31,377 bases of DNA from Actinomycetota bacterium (lineage in GTDB: Bacteria > Actinomycetota > CADDZG01 > WHSQ01): NCBI GenBank assembly GCA_019348445.1, contig JAHWJK010000002.1:1-31377 (forward strand), in the 5' to 3' direction. The notes under the pieces are model-generated. The model had not been told where the DNA came from. It was given only the letters and a program-made list of their open reading frames with translations, and did not search any database. The position numbers and the translations under genes were made by a program. Of the stretch, positions 7,514 through 15,464 are shown piece by piece. Position 1 is the first letter of the stretch. Each line of letters opens with the position of its first letter.

Positions 7514-9352
7514 TTGCGCGTGATGGGCGACCTCGTCGGCGAGGTCCTATCTCATCGCTACCGTCTCGTCGCGCGGATCGCGGGCGGAGGCATGGGCGAG
7601 GTCTATCGTGGCCACGATCTGCTTCTCGACCGCACGGTCGCGGTAAAGGTCCTGCAGCCTTCTCTCGCTGCGGATCCCGACCTCGTTCAGCGTTTCAAGG
7701 CAGAGGCGCGCGCCGCCGCTCGTTTATCGCACCCCAACATCGTGGCGGTGCATGACTGGGGGGCCGAGAACGACAAGACCTACTACATGGTCATGGAGTA
7801 CGTCGCGGGAAGTGACCTGAGAGACCTGTTGGTCAGCAGAGGTTCGGTCGAACCCGCGCAAGCGGCGGCGATCATGGCCTCTGTATGCGAGGCGTTGTAC
7901 GTCGCGCATTCGCGAGGACTGGTGCACCGCGACGTGAAACCGGAGAACATCTTGCTCGCGCGCGACGGCACGGTGAAGGTCGCCGACTTCGGCATCGCAG
8001 CGATGGTGGATGCGGAGCGGACCGCGCCCGGGGGAACGATCCCCGGGACGTTGCGCTATCTGTCGCCGGAGCAGGCTCGAGGCGAGGATGCGACCTCCTC
8101 ATCGGATATCTGGGCTGCCGGAGCGATGCTGTGTGAGCTGTTGACTGGAGCTCCTCCGGGATCCGGCAGCGGAGTCGACCTGATCCGTCGCCGCGCGACC
8201 GAGGGGATCGAACGGCCATCGGCGATGCGTGATGACATCCCTAAGGAACTCGACGACATCGTCATGAAGGCGTGCGCGTTGGAGACGGCAGATCGTTACG
8301 TGAACGCCGATCTCATGGCGCGTGACCTCCGTGAGGTTGCCGGGGACATACGAGATGTTCCCCCGGTCGACGTCTTGCTGGACCACGTCACCGGCGAGAT
8401 CCGGTTGCCCGACATGGAGCCGACTACTTTCGTGTCGGGACGCTCGCGCCGGAAGCAGTTGCGGAAACGCAAGCTACGCGCGCGGCTTCTCATCGTGATC
8501 CCGCTCGTCCTCCTTCTGGTCCTGAGCGGTGTCGCGGCGGCGAAGTGGCTGTTCGCCCCGCAGATGGTCCCGGTCCCGGATCTCGAAGGAAAGAAGAAAG
8601 CGACGGCTGCGGAGCTGGCTGGGGAGCAGGGACTGAAACTCGAAGTCGTCGATAAGCAGCGCACGGGCGCGGTCCGACCGGGCGAGATCATCGAGCAGAG
8701 CCCTGCTCGCGGCGAAGTAGAGGAAGGCTCGACGATCGAGATCGTCATCTCGGCGGGCTATCCGAAGCTTCCCGTTCCCGATGTCGTGGGATTGACGCTC
8801 AAAGCGACGGAAGCGCGTCTGCGCGTGCACAAACTCGAACCCGGCAAAGTCTCGTACTCGTACTCACCGAAGCCGCGGGGGACGGTGATCGCCCAGAAGC
8901 CTGCCGACGGCGCCCTCGCGTGGTATCGCACGGTGGACCTCGAGATCAGCAAGGGGCCGGAGCCGGTGACGGTTCCGGACGTCACGAACAAATCGGCAGC
9001 CGCGGCGTCACGCGCGCTCAAAGCCGCGGGATTCGCTCCGAACGTCGTCGAGGCGTTTTCCGACGACGTTGCGAAGGGGAAAGTGATCTCCACGGACCCT
9101 GCCGGTGGTCAGGTCATCGGCAAGGGAAGCGAGGTCCGGATCTACGTCTCGATCGGGCCCGAGTTCAAGGAGCTGAAGATGCCCGACCTGCGCGGCTCGT
9201 CGCTATCGGATGCCCAAGCCAAACTGAAAAACCTGGGGTTGCGCTACCGGGTCATCCAATCTTGCGCCGGTGGATCGACCGTCGTAGAGACCGATCCCAT
9301 CGCGGGTACGACAGTGCGGGAGAACGACAAGGTCGCACTCTTCGTGTGCTAG
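7514..9352 (+). CDS. pknB: Hanks-type Ser/Thr kinase with TM helix and four PASTA repeats (PknB/PknL-like)
   Basis: GGMGEVY, VAVK, HRDVKPEN, DFG, SPEQ, SDIW, a TM helix, and four VPD/MPD-initiated PASTA repeats. The start may be 7514, 7520 or 7523; orthology to PknB versus PknL is unresolved. Confidence 0.95.
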   Translation: MRVMGDLVGEVLSHRYRLVARIAGGGMGEVYRGHDLLLDRTVAVKVLQPSLAADPDLVQRFKAEARAAARLSHPNIVAVHDWGAENDKTYYMVMEYVAGSDLRDLLVSRGSVEPAQAAAIMASVCEALYVAHSRGLVHRDVKPENILLARDGTVKVADFGIAAMVDAERTAPGGTIPGTLRYLSPEQARGEDATSSSDIWAAGAMLCELLTGAPPGSGSGVDLIRRRATEGIERPSAMRDDIPKELDDIVMKACALETADRYVNADLMARDLREVAGDIRDVPPVDVLLDHVTGEIRLPDMEPTTFVSGRSRRKQLRKRKLRARLLIVIPLVLLLVLSGVAAAKWLFAPQMVPVPDLEGKKKATAAELAGEQGLKLEVVDKQRTGAVRPGEIIEQSPARGEVEEGSTIEIVISAGYPKLPVPDVVGLTLKATEARLRVHKLEPGKVSYSYSPKPRGTVIAQKPADGALAWYRTVDLEISKGPEPVTVPDVTNKSAAAASRALKAAGFAPNVVEAFSDDVAKGKVISTDPAGGQVIGKGSEVRIYVSIGPEFKELKMPDLRGSSLSDAQAKLKNLGLRYRVIQSCAGGSTVVETDPIAGTTVRENDKVALFVC

Positions 9353-9396
9353 AGGATTCTCAAACTGATCGGAACCACCTCCTCCACGTCGCCGTC

Positions 9397-9402
9397 TAAC
9401 CT
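9397..9402 (+). promoter_or_regulatory. -10 TAACCT, leaderless start of a lipoprotein gene
   Basis: 6 nt before GTG 9409, no SD. Confidence 0.5.
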
Positions 9403-9408
9403 CACGAC

Positions 9409-9711
9409 GTGAGGAAATGGCTGATAGTTGTCTCGATTGCTACTGCGCTGGTCGCCACCGGTTGCTCCAGTAACCCTGGTGAAGACGATCATGTCGCCTG
9501 TGCGGAGTCCTTGGACCGGGAGCAGCAGGAGGTAGGGACGCGCGCCGTTGGAGAGGTCGCCACGGCCGCGGGGATCATCGACGGCGCGCTCGACGGAGCG
9601 AGCAACCGCCGCCTTCAACCGCGGGACGAGAAATCGTTGCGCGCTGCACAACGACGACTAGAGAGGTTGGAACAAGACCTCGATCAGGCGTTCAACACAG
9701 GGTGCCTATAG
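9409..9711 (+). CDS. small predicted lipoprotein, unknown function
   Basis: MRKWLIVVSIATALVATG|C signal and lipobox. Helical mature part with two further Cys. Confidence 0.8.
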   Translation: MRKWLIVVSIATALVATGCSSNPGEDDHVACAESLDREQQEVGTRAVGEVATAAGIIDGALDGASNRRLQPRDEKSLRAAQRRLERLEQDLDQAFNTGCL

Positions 9712-9878
9712 GGGCACGAATCGGAGGACTTCGGTGATGGGAGGAAGTGGACCCGCTAGTTGGACGCGTAACGGCGCTGGCTCAACGAATCCTGCGCGTT
9801 CATGGATGCTCGGATCGCCACTTTTCAGCGCGTAGCCGGCGGGCATAGAACGCGTGGCGCTGTACGACCGTGCAGCCT

Positions 9879-10553
9879 TTAGTGCTGAACGTCGTTGGCG
9901 ATCTCCAGGAGTTGATCCACCGTCAGCTCGTCACCAGGTGCTCTGATCTGTGTCTCAAGGAAGACGTTTTCGTACGCGGCGACCGCCGACTCATCGGTGA
10001 TGGTCGCATCGTCGATCCAGATCACGCTCATCACGATGCTCTGCGCTACGAGCAAGGCCTCCTGACCGCCTTCCAATTCCGTCATTGAGAAGCCCGGGTT
10101 GGTGTGCCTGCGACCGGAGACGTCGCACTCGCTCGCCTCCTGCTCGAGCTTTCTTTGGCCATAGGTCACCAGTCCCTGCTGGACGAAGAACCGTCCATCA
10201 GCGGTTTCGTAGGCCCACACGATGCGAGGTCCGGCTGTTGCGCCGGGAGCTGCGCTCAGCCGTGAGAAACGCCCCGTGTTTTGACTGACGCCGCTGTTGG
10301 TCCAGGCGATCTGTTCAGGTTCATACGCGAGATCGGGCTCGACCGGTTCGAAAGGTAGCTCCGCGTCGGCTGTGTTACTGACTACCTCCCCTTTGAACGG
10401 GTTCTTCCAGTAGGAATCATTTGGAACCGGGCCCTCGACTTCGACGACAGAACCGTCGCAGCCCGGATCAGGGGAACAACCGACGAACGCGATCATCGCG
10501 GCAACGACGAGCGAGCAAGAGACCGTTTGGCGCGAGGTCACGTTCTCAAGCAT
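9879..10553 (-). CDS. predicted lipoprotein, unknown function
   Basis: MLENVTSRQTVSCSLVVAAMIAFVG|C lipobox. Start re-placed at ATG 10553; the ORF-track extension overlaps the NUDIX gene. Confidence 0.72.
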   Translation of the reverse strand: MLENVTSRQTVSCSLVVAAMIAFVGCSPDPGCDGSVVEVEGPVPNDSYWKNPFKGEVVSNTADAELPFEPVEPDLAYEPEQIAWTNSGVSQNTGRFSRLSAAPGATAGPRIVWAYETADGRFFVQQGLVTYGQRKLEQEASECDVSGRRHTNPGFSMTELEGGQEALLVAQSIVMSVIWIDDATITDESAVAAYENVFLETQIRAPGDELTVDQLLEIANDVQH

Positions 10554-10585
10554 CGCGCCCGGCGGCTGATCGACCTCTCCGTTTG

Positions 10586-10984
10586 CTAATCGAAGGCGCC
10601 CCACGCCTTCAACGTCTCGAGCAACCGCGGGGTGCACCCTCGCTTCTCGATGTCTTCGAACGCGACCCACTCCACCGCATCGACATCGTCGGCAGGTTCG
10701 GCCTCTCCACCGACGACCGTGGCTACATGATCGAGGATGACGTAGTGCGGATCTCCGGGCACCTCCAGGATGCCGAGGAGCTCGCGCACTTCGACATCGA
10801 GACCGGTTTCTTCCTTGACCTCTCGCACTAGAGCTTGCGACAGATACTCCCCGTTCTCGACGCGTCCTCCGGGGATAGACCACAAGCCACGCCCCGGTTC
10901 CTTGCCGCGACGGATCATCAACAATCTGCCGTCGTCGATGACGACGGCTCCCACCGCGATGATCGGTCGGTCTGAACGAGACAC
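10586..10984 (-). CDS. NUDIX hydrolase
   Basis: Nudix box GGRVENGEYLSQALVREVKEETGL. Confidence 0.95.
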   Translation of the reverse strand: MSRSDRPIIAVGAVVIDDGRLLMIRRGKEPGRGLWSIPGGRVENGEYLSQALVREVKEETGLDVEVRELLGILEVPGDPHYVILDHVATVVGGEAEPADDVDAVEWVAFEDIEKRGCTPRLLETLKAWGAFD

Positions 10985-10989
10985 GCTCT

Positions 10990-10996
10990 TAGGCTA
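10990..10996. promoter_or_regulatory. overlapping back-to-back -10 elements (TAGGCT + strand, TAGCCT - strand) for two divergent leaderless genes
   Basis: Each hexamer is exactly 6 nt from a start codon (ATG 11002 on +, GTG 10984 on -). The intergenic gap is 17 bp. Confidence 0.6.
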
Positions 10997-11001
10997 GACC
11001 G

Positions 11002-11898
11002 ATGGAGCAAGCGGTTGTCGCGCCTGCGCGCGCGTCCTGGATCCCGTGGGCGTTGCTGGTTGTCGGTGTTCTGGGCGCCAGCATCTCGGCGATCTTGATC
11101 GTCTACGCGCGCGATGCACAGCCCATGGCGATCTCGTTCTGGCGCTGCGCCGGTGGAGCGGCCGCGCTAGCGCCGTTCGCGGCGCGTGGGCTGCGCGCGA
11201 TGACCAAGCGGCAACTAGGTCTTCCCGCGGTCGCGGGTCTCTTCCTCGCCGCCCACTTCGCCACATGGATCACATCCCTCGAGCTGACGACCGTTGCGGC
11301 CTCGGTTCTGCTCGTGACGAGCTCACCTGCTTTCGTGGCGTTGTTGGCGTGGTGGCTACTGGGCGAGCGACTGCGATCGGTTGCATGGGTCGGCATCGTC
11401 CTGACGGTGATCGGGGCCGGTCTCGTTGCGGGCGGCGACCTTTCCGGTGCCCAGTTCGAGGGCAACATGCTCGCGCTCGCGGGAGCGCTGACGGTGGGCG
11501 TGTACATGTTGGTGGGCCAGGTCTCTCGGAGGGAGCTGGGGATCCTCGAGTACTCCGTGGTCACCTACAGCGTCGCAGGCTTAGTCCTGTTGCCGATATC
11601 TCTCGTGATGGGGGCCGACCTGTGGGGTTACGACGCGCAGACCTCGTGGGCGCTCGTAGGGCTCCTCATCGGCCCCCAGCTCCTCGGCCATACCGTGCTC
11701 AACTACGTGCTGAAGGATCTCGGTGCAACGATCGTTGCCGTCGCGGTGATGGCGGAGCCATTGATCGCAGCGATCCTCGCGTACATCTTGTTCGGACAGG
11801 TGCCGCCATTGTTGATCTACCCGGGCGGCGCCGCGATCCTCGTCGGCATCTACATCGTGTCGACGCGCGGGAAGTCGCCGCAGGTGGTTATCGAATGA
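11002..11898 (+). CDS. DMT/EamA family transporter
   Basis: About 10 hydrophobic segments in two EamA repeats (LLGERL; EPLIAAILAYILFGQ). Confidence 0.92.
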   Translation: MEQAVVAPARASWIPWALLVVGVLGASISAILIVYARDAQPMAISFWRCAGGAAALAPFAARGLRAMTKRQLGLPAVAGLFLAAHFATWITSLELTTVAASVLLVTSSPAFVALLAWWLLGERLRSVAWVGIVLTVIGAGLVAGGDLSGAQFEGNMLALAGALTVGVYMLVGQVSRRELGILEYSVVTYSVAGLVLLPISLVMGADLWGYDAQTSWALVGLLIGPQLLGHTVLNYVLKDLGATIVAVAVMAEPLIAAILAYILFGQVPPLLIYPGGAAILVGIYIVSTRGKSPQVVIE

Positions 11899-12752
11899 TG
11901 CTGCGTCACGCGACGGGAGCCCTCGATCTGGACTCCTGCGTCGTGATGGGGATAGTGAACCGCACGCCGGACTCCTTCTACGACGGCGGACGGATGGATA
12001 CCGATGACGTCATCGAGCGAGCTCTGCGTCTCGTCGACGACGGCGCTGCGATCCTCGACCTCGGCGCCGTGAAGGCGGGTCCGGGGGAGGATGTCGGTGA
12101 ACAGGAAGAGATCGATCGCCTCCTCCCACTCGTAGAGGCACTAGCGAAGGACGCGCCGGTGCCGCTGTCGGTGGAGACGGCCCGCCCTTCGGTTGCCAAA
12201 CTCGCGTTCGGTGCCGGAGCCGCGATGGTGAACGACGTTTCTGCTCTCGCCGATCCCGACCTCGCGCGGGTGTGTGCTGAAGCAGGAGGTGCGCTGGTGC
12301 TCATGCACAACGGGGAACAGGTGCGCGGACGTCCGCGGAACCCGCGCTACGACGACGTCGTGGTTGCTGTCATCGACGAATGGAAGCGGCTCGAGTCGAT
12401 CGCTACCAAAGCCGGCGTCGGGCCCGATCAGATCGTCGTCGATGCCGGTCTCGACTTCGGTAAGACGACGTTCCATTCGTTGGAGATCATGCGCAGGCTG
12501 GAGGAGCAGGTCGCGTACGGGCGTCCGTTGCTCCTGGCGCCGTCCCGCAAGGACGTCGTCGGAGAGAGCTTGGGCCTGGGCGTCGCAGAGCGTCTCGAAG
12601 GCACGCTCGCTCTCGTCGCCCTCGGCGTACTCGGCGGGGTGTCGATCGTTCGGGTACACGACGTCGCTCCGGCACTTCGTGTCGTTCGCATGGTCGAGAC
12701 GGTCATGGGCGTGCGACGACCGGAGGCTCCGATTCGCGGCTTATGGGAGTGA
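11895..12752 (+). CDS. folP: dihydropteroate synthase family protein, FolP2-like
   Basis: VMGIVNRTPDSFYDGG, DLGAVKAGPG, DFGK, SRKDVVGE, ERLEGTLA, VRVHDV. ATGA overlap with the DMT stop. The ORF-track start at 11046 is spurious. Confidence 0.92.
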   Translation: MMLRHATGALDLDSCVVMGIVNRTPDSFYDGGRMDTDDVIERALRLVDDGAAILDLGAVKAGPGEDVGEQEEIDRLLPLVEALAKDAPVPLSVETARPSVAKLAFGAGAAMVNDVSALADPDLARVCAEAGGALVLMHNGEQVRGRPRNPRYDDVVVAVIDEWKRLESIATKAGVGPDQIVVDAGLDFGKTTFHSLEIMRRLEEQVAYGRPLLLAPSRKDVVGESLGLGVAERLEGTLALVALGVLGGVSIVRVHDVAPALRVVRMVETVMGVRRPEAPIRGLWE

Positions 12753-12789
12753 TCCGCGGCGACGTCCTTGCTCCGAAGCCTGCACTTGG

Positions 12790-12795
12790 TACCTT
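12790..12795 (+). promoter_or_regulatory. extended -10 (TG-G-TACCTT), leaderless start of a receiver gene
   Basis: 6 nt before GTG 12802, no SD. Confidence 0.5.
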
Positions 12796-12801
12796 TTCGC
12801 C

Positions 12802-13173
12802 GTGGCGAAGACCGTTCTGATCGTCGAGGACGAAGAGGCAGTGCGCGAGCTCGAGAAGTTCATCCTCGAGCAGGTCGGCTACGAGGTGATGGAAGCTCGT
12901 GACGGGCTGGAGGGCTTGACGAAGGCCGAGTTCCGTAGGCCGGACCTCATCCTTCTCGACCTGATGATGCCGGACGTGTCCGGCGGCCGGATGTTCGACG
13001 AGATGAAACGTCATCCGGCCACGGCGGGTATCCCGATCGTCGTCGTCACCGGCAAGCCGGACGCTCATCAGATCTTCGACGACCAGATCGGCCCCGACAA
13101 CGTGATCATGAAGCCGTTCGAGGCAGAGACGTTGTTGTCGCGTATCGAAGCGCACATCGGCGCGCCGCTCTAA
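12802..13173 (+). CDS. single-domain response regulator (CheY-like receiver)
   Basis: VLIVED, LILLDLMMP (phospho-Asp), VVVT, MKPF. Start re-placed at GTG 12802. Confidence 0.92.
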   Translation: MAKTVLIVEDEEAVRELEKFILEQVGYEVMEARDGLEGLTKAEFRRPDLILLDLMMPDVSGGRMFDEMKRHPATAGIPIVVVTGKPDAHQIFDDQIGPDNVIMKPFEAETLLSRIEAHIGAPL

Positions 13174-13190
13174 GTCACGCGACGCAGAGT

Positions 13191-13958
13191 TTGGTCGTAA
13201 TCGCCGGCTTCCTAGGGCTGATCTTCGGAAGCTTCGCTACGGCAGCCTCGTACCGGATCCCGAGACGCGAGTCGATCGTCACCGGCCGGAGCCGCTGCCC
13301 CCACTGCGGGAACGTCGTCACTGCGGTCGAGAACGTCCCGGTGTTCAGCTATGTGTTCCTTCGGGGGAGATGCCGTCACTGCGGCAATGCGATCTCGCCC
13401 CGTTATCCACTCACCGAACTGGCGACCGGGGTCCTGTTCGCGCTCGCGTTCTGGAAGTTCGGGCTGAGTTTGCGCGCCGTGGCGTACGCGGCGTTCTTCT
13501 GGGTCCTCGTAGTTCTCACGGTCATCGATCTCGAGCACAGGTTGTTGCCGACACGCGTCATCTACCCGTCCGTGGTCGCGGGTTGGCTACTGCTCACTGC
13601 TGATGCGTTGATCGCGAACGAACCATCGCGCTTGCTCGATGCTCTGGTCGGTATGGCGATCTTCGGCGGGTTCTTCTTCACGGTCGCCTTCCTGGTGCCG
13701 CGCGGCATGGGCATGGGCGACGTTCGTCTCGCCCTATTGCTCGGAACATTCCTCGGCTATCTAGGGGGAGCCGGTTTCGTCCTCCTGGGGATGTTCATGT
13801 CGTTCCTGACGGGCGCTGTCGTCGGCGGGATCGCCGCAGTGGTGACGAAGGGAGGACGCAAGATGAAGATCCCGTTCGGCCCATTTCTCGCGGCGGGAAC
13901 GCTCATCGCGATCTTCGTCGGCCGTCCGGTCCTCGACGCCTACCTTGGAACGCTCTGA
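13191..13958 (+). CDS. pilD: type IV prepilin peptidase (A24) with N-terminal Zn-binding domain
   Basis: SRCPHC and GRCRHC, IDLEH and GMGDVRL catalytic Asp motifs, IPFGPFL. Confidence 0.95.
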   Translation: MVVIAGFLGLIFGSFATAASYRIPRRESIVTGRSRCPHCGNVVTAVENVPVFSYVFLRGRCRHCGNAISPRYPLTELATGVLFALAFWKFGLSLRAVAYAAFFWVLVVLTVIDLEHRLLPTRVIYPSVVAGWLLLTADALIANEPSRLLDALVGMAIFGGFFFTVAFLVPRGMGMGDVRLALLLGTFLGYLGGAGFVLLGMFMSFLTGAVVGGIAAVVTKGGRKMKIPFGPFLAAGTLIAIFVGRPVLDAYLGTL

Positions 13959-13970
13959 CCAGAGCGTTTT
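13949..13970 (+). terminator. hairpin AACGCTCT-gacc-AGAGCGTT followed by a short T run
   Basis: 8-bp stem over the prepilin peptidase stop, between convergent genes. Confidence 0.4.
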
Positions 13971-13979
13971 CCGAACTCG

Positions 13980-15011
13980 CTACGCCAGCTGCGCGGGACG
14001 CTCCAGGAAGACCTCGCCAACCAACCGGCACAAGGTGGGGTCGAACTGCACGCCGGCATGGTCCAGCACCTCCTGGATCGCGGCGTCGAAGTTCATCGGA
14101 CGCCGGTACGGCCGCAGAGAAGTCATCGCGTCGATCGCGTCGGCGATCGCGAAGAGGCGCGCGGCCGGCGGGATGTCGTCGCCTTCGAGGCCGTCGGGAT
14201 AGCCCCGCCCGTCCCAACGCTCGTGGTGATAGCGGATCACATCCCTAACGACCGAGGGGAAACCAAGCGGAGCGACGATGCGTTCGCCGAGGATCGGGTG
14301 CGTCCGGAGCACGAGTGTCTCCGTATCCGTGAGGCCCCCCGGCTTCGTCAGGATCGTCTCGGGTATCCCGATCTTGCCGACGTCGTGCAAGAGGAAGGCG
14401 GCCTCGAGTGATTCGCTCGGCACCGCCCCGTCCAGCATCGCTGCCCGCGCCAGACGCATCGCCATCGACGTCACGCGCTCGGCGTGGCCGCCGGTGTACG
14501 TGTCTTTCAACTCCAGTGCCGACGCCAGCGCCCGCGCCGCGTTCATCGCATGCATGTCTCCGCTAGGGGAGAACGCGTGTGTCGCCTCGAGCGTGTCGTG
14601 GAGTACGTCGGCAGCCGGGGCCGAGTACAGCATGCCGCGGTCTGCGACCTCCGTGATCGCGTTCGCGAGCCGCGACGCGTCGCTACCGCGAACGACGTAT
14701 CCGCCGATCCCGAGGGCCAGCGCTTCGGCGGCAGTCTTCTTGTCGGAGGCGTCGGCAATGACGACCGCACCGCGCTGCAGTCCGATCTTGCGCACCATCC
14801 GCAAAGGGGCCGCCGGATCTTCTGAGTCGGAATCCGTGACGACGACGATGACGTCTATGTCGCGGGCAGCCGTTTCGAGGCTGACGGGATCGATCCCTTC
14901 GGCAACGACTATCTGTGACGAACGCGATCCGAGCGTCGAAGACAGCGCGACCCACATCGAGGCATCGCCTCCGATCAACAGGATCCGCAGTGGCGGTTGC
15001 GCCTTGATCAA
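13980..15011 (-). CDS. HD-GYP phosphodiesterase with degenerate NarL-type receiver
   Basis: HAERV, HDVGKIG, HP..G, HHERWDGRGYP, ADAIDAMTSLRPYR are intact. The N-terminal REC-like fold lacks the acidic pocket and Lys. TTG start overlaps the upstream TGA. Confidence 0.93.
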   Translation of the reverse strand: MIKAQPPLRILLIGGDASMWVALSSTLGSRSSQIVVAEGIDPVSLETAARDIDVIVVVTDSDSEDPAAPLRMVRKIGLQRGAVVIADASDKKTAAEALALGIGGYVVRGSDASRLANAITEVADRGMLYSAPAADVLHDTLEATHAFSPSGDMHAMNAARALASALELKDTYTGGHAERVTSMAMRLARAAMLDGAVPSESLEAAFLLHDVGKIGIPETILTKPGGLTDTETLVLRTHPILGERIVAPLGFPSVVRDVIRYHHERWDGRGYPDGLEGDDIPPAARLFAIADAIDAMTSLRPYRRPMNFDAAIQEVLDHAGVQFDPTLCRLVGEVFLERPAQLA

Positions 15012-15463
15012 ACCGTCGTCACGCCCAGCCGGTCGAGGTCCGTCGCTCTGTTGATCAACTCGAGTCGCCGCTCGGCGCGCTCTTCTGGTGCGAGGTCGAG
15101 TAATTCACGGATCGTTTGGGCAACCGCCGCCGGCGAGAACGGCTTCCTCAGATGTGCATGTGCACCGAGCTGCATCGCCTGGATAGCGGTTGCGGGGGCG
15201 CCGTTCGCCGAGAGGACGACCACGCTCGTGCGGTCGAGGATGTCCTCGTCGCGCAGGTGCTCGAGGACCTCGAACCCGTCCATCTCGGGCATCGCGAGGT
15301 CGAGGATGCATCCATCCCACTCGCCCGACCGGAGCATCTCGAGTGCCTCTCCGCCGTCACCGGCTTCACCGAACCCGATGCCGACCAAGCTGAGATTCAT
15401 CCCAACGATCGTTCTGATGTCCGGCTCGTCGTCGACGACGAGTACGCGGAGCGGGTCGTTCAC
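15008..15463 (-). CDS. response regulator receiver with a short C-terminal helix
   Basis: VLVVDDE, ILDLAMP, VVLSA, RKPF. About 25-aa tail with no recognisable output domain. Confidence 0.92.
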   Translation of the reverse strand: MNDPLRVLVVDDEPDIRTIVGMNLSLVGIGFGEAGDGGEALEMLRSGEWDGCILDLAMPEMDGFEVLEHLRDEDILDRTSVVVLSANGAPATAIQAMQLGAHAHLRKPFSPAAVAQTIRELLDLAPEERAERRLELINRATDLDRLGVTTV

Positions 15464-15464
15464 G

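Noticed and set aside
9418-9474. Alternative-frame Cys-rich peptide MADSCLDCYCAGRHRLLQ after GAGG
   Set aside because: SD spacing is only 2 nt, and it lies within the clear lipoprotein signal-peptide frame.
11046-11894. Apparent 283-aa N-terminal extension or fusion on FolP (ORF 11046..12752)
   Set aside because: It is an off-frame read-through of the DMT gene with Arg/Gly-rich junk. The DHPS domain starts at ATG 11895/11898.
12274-12801. Apparent N-terminal extension on the response regulator
   Set aside because: It overlaps folP in another frame. A leaderless GTG at 12802 with a -10 box explains the gene.
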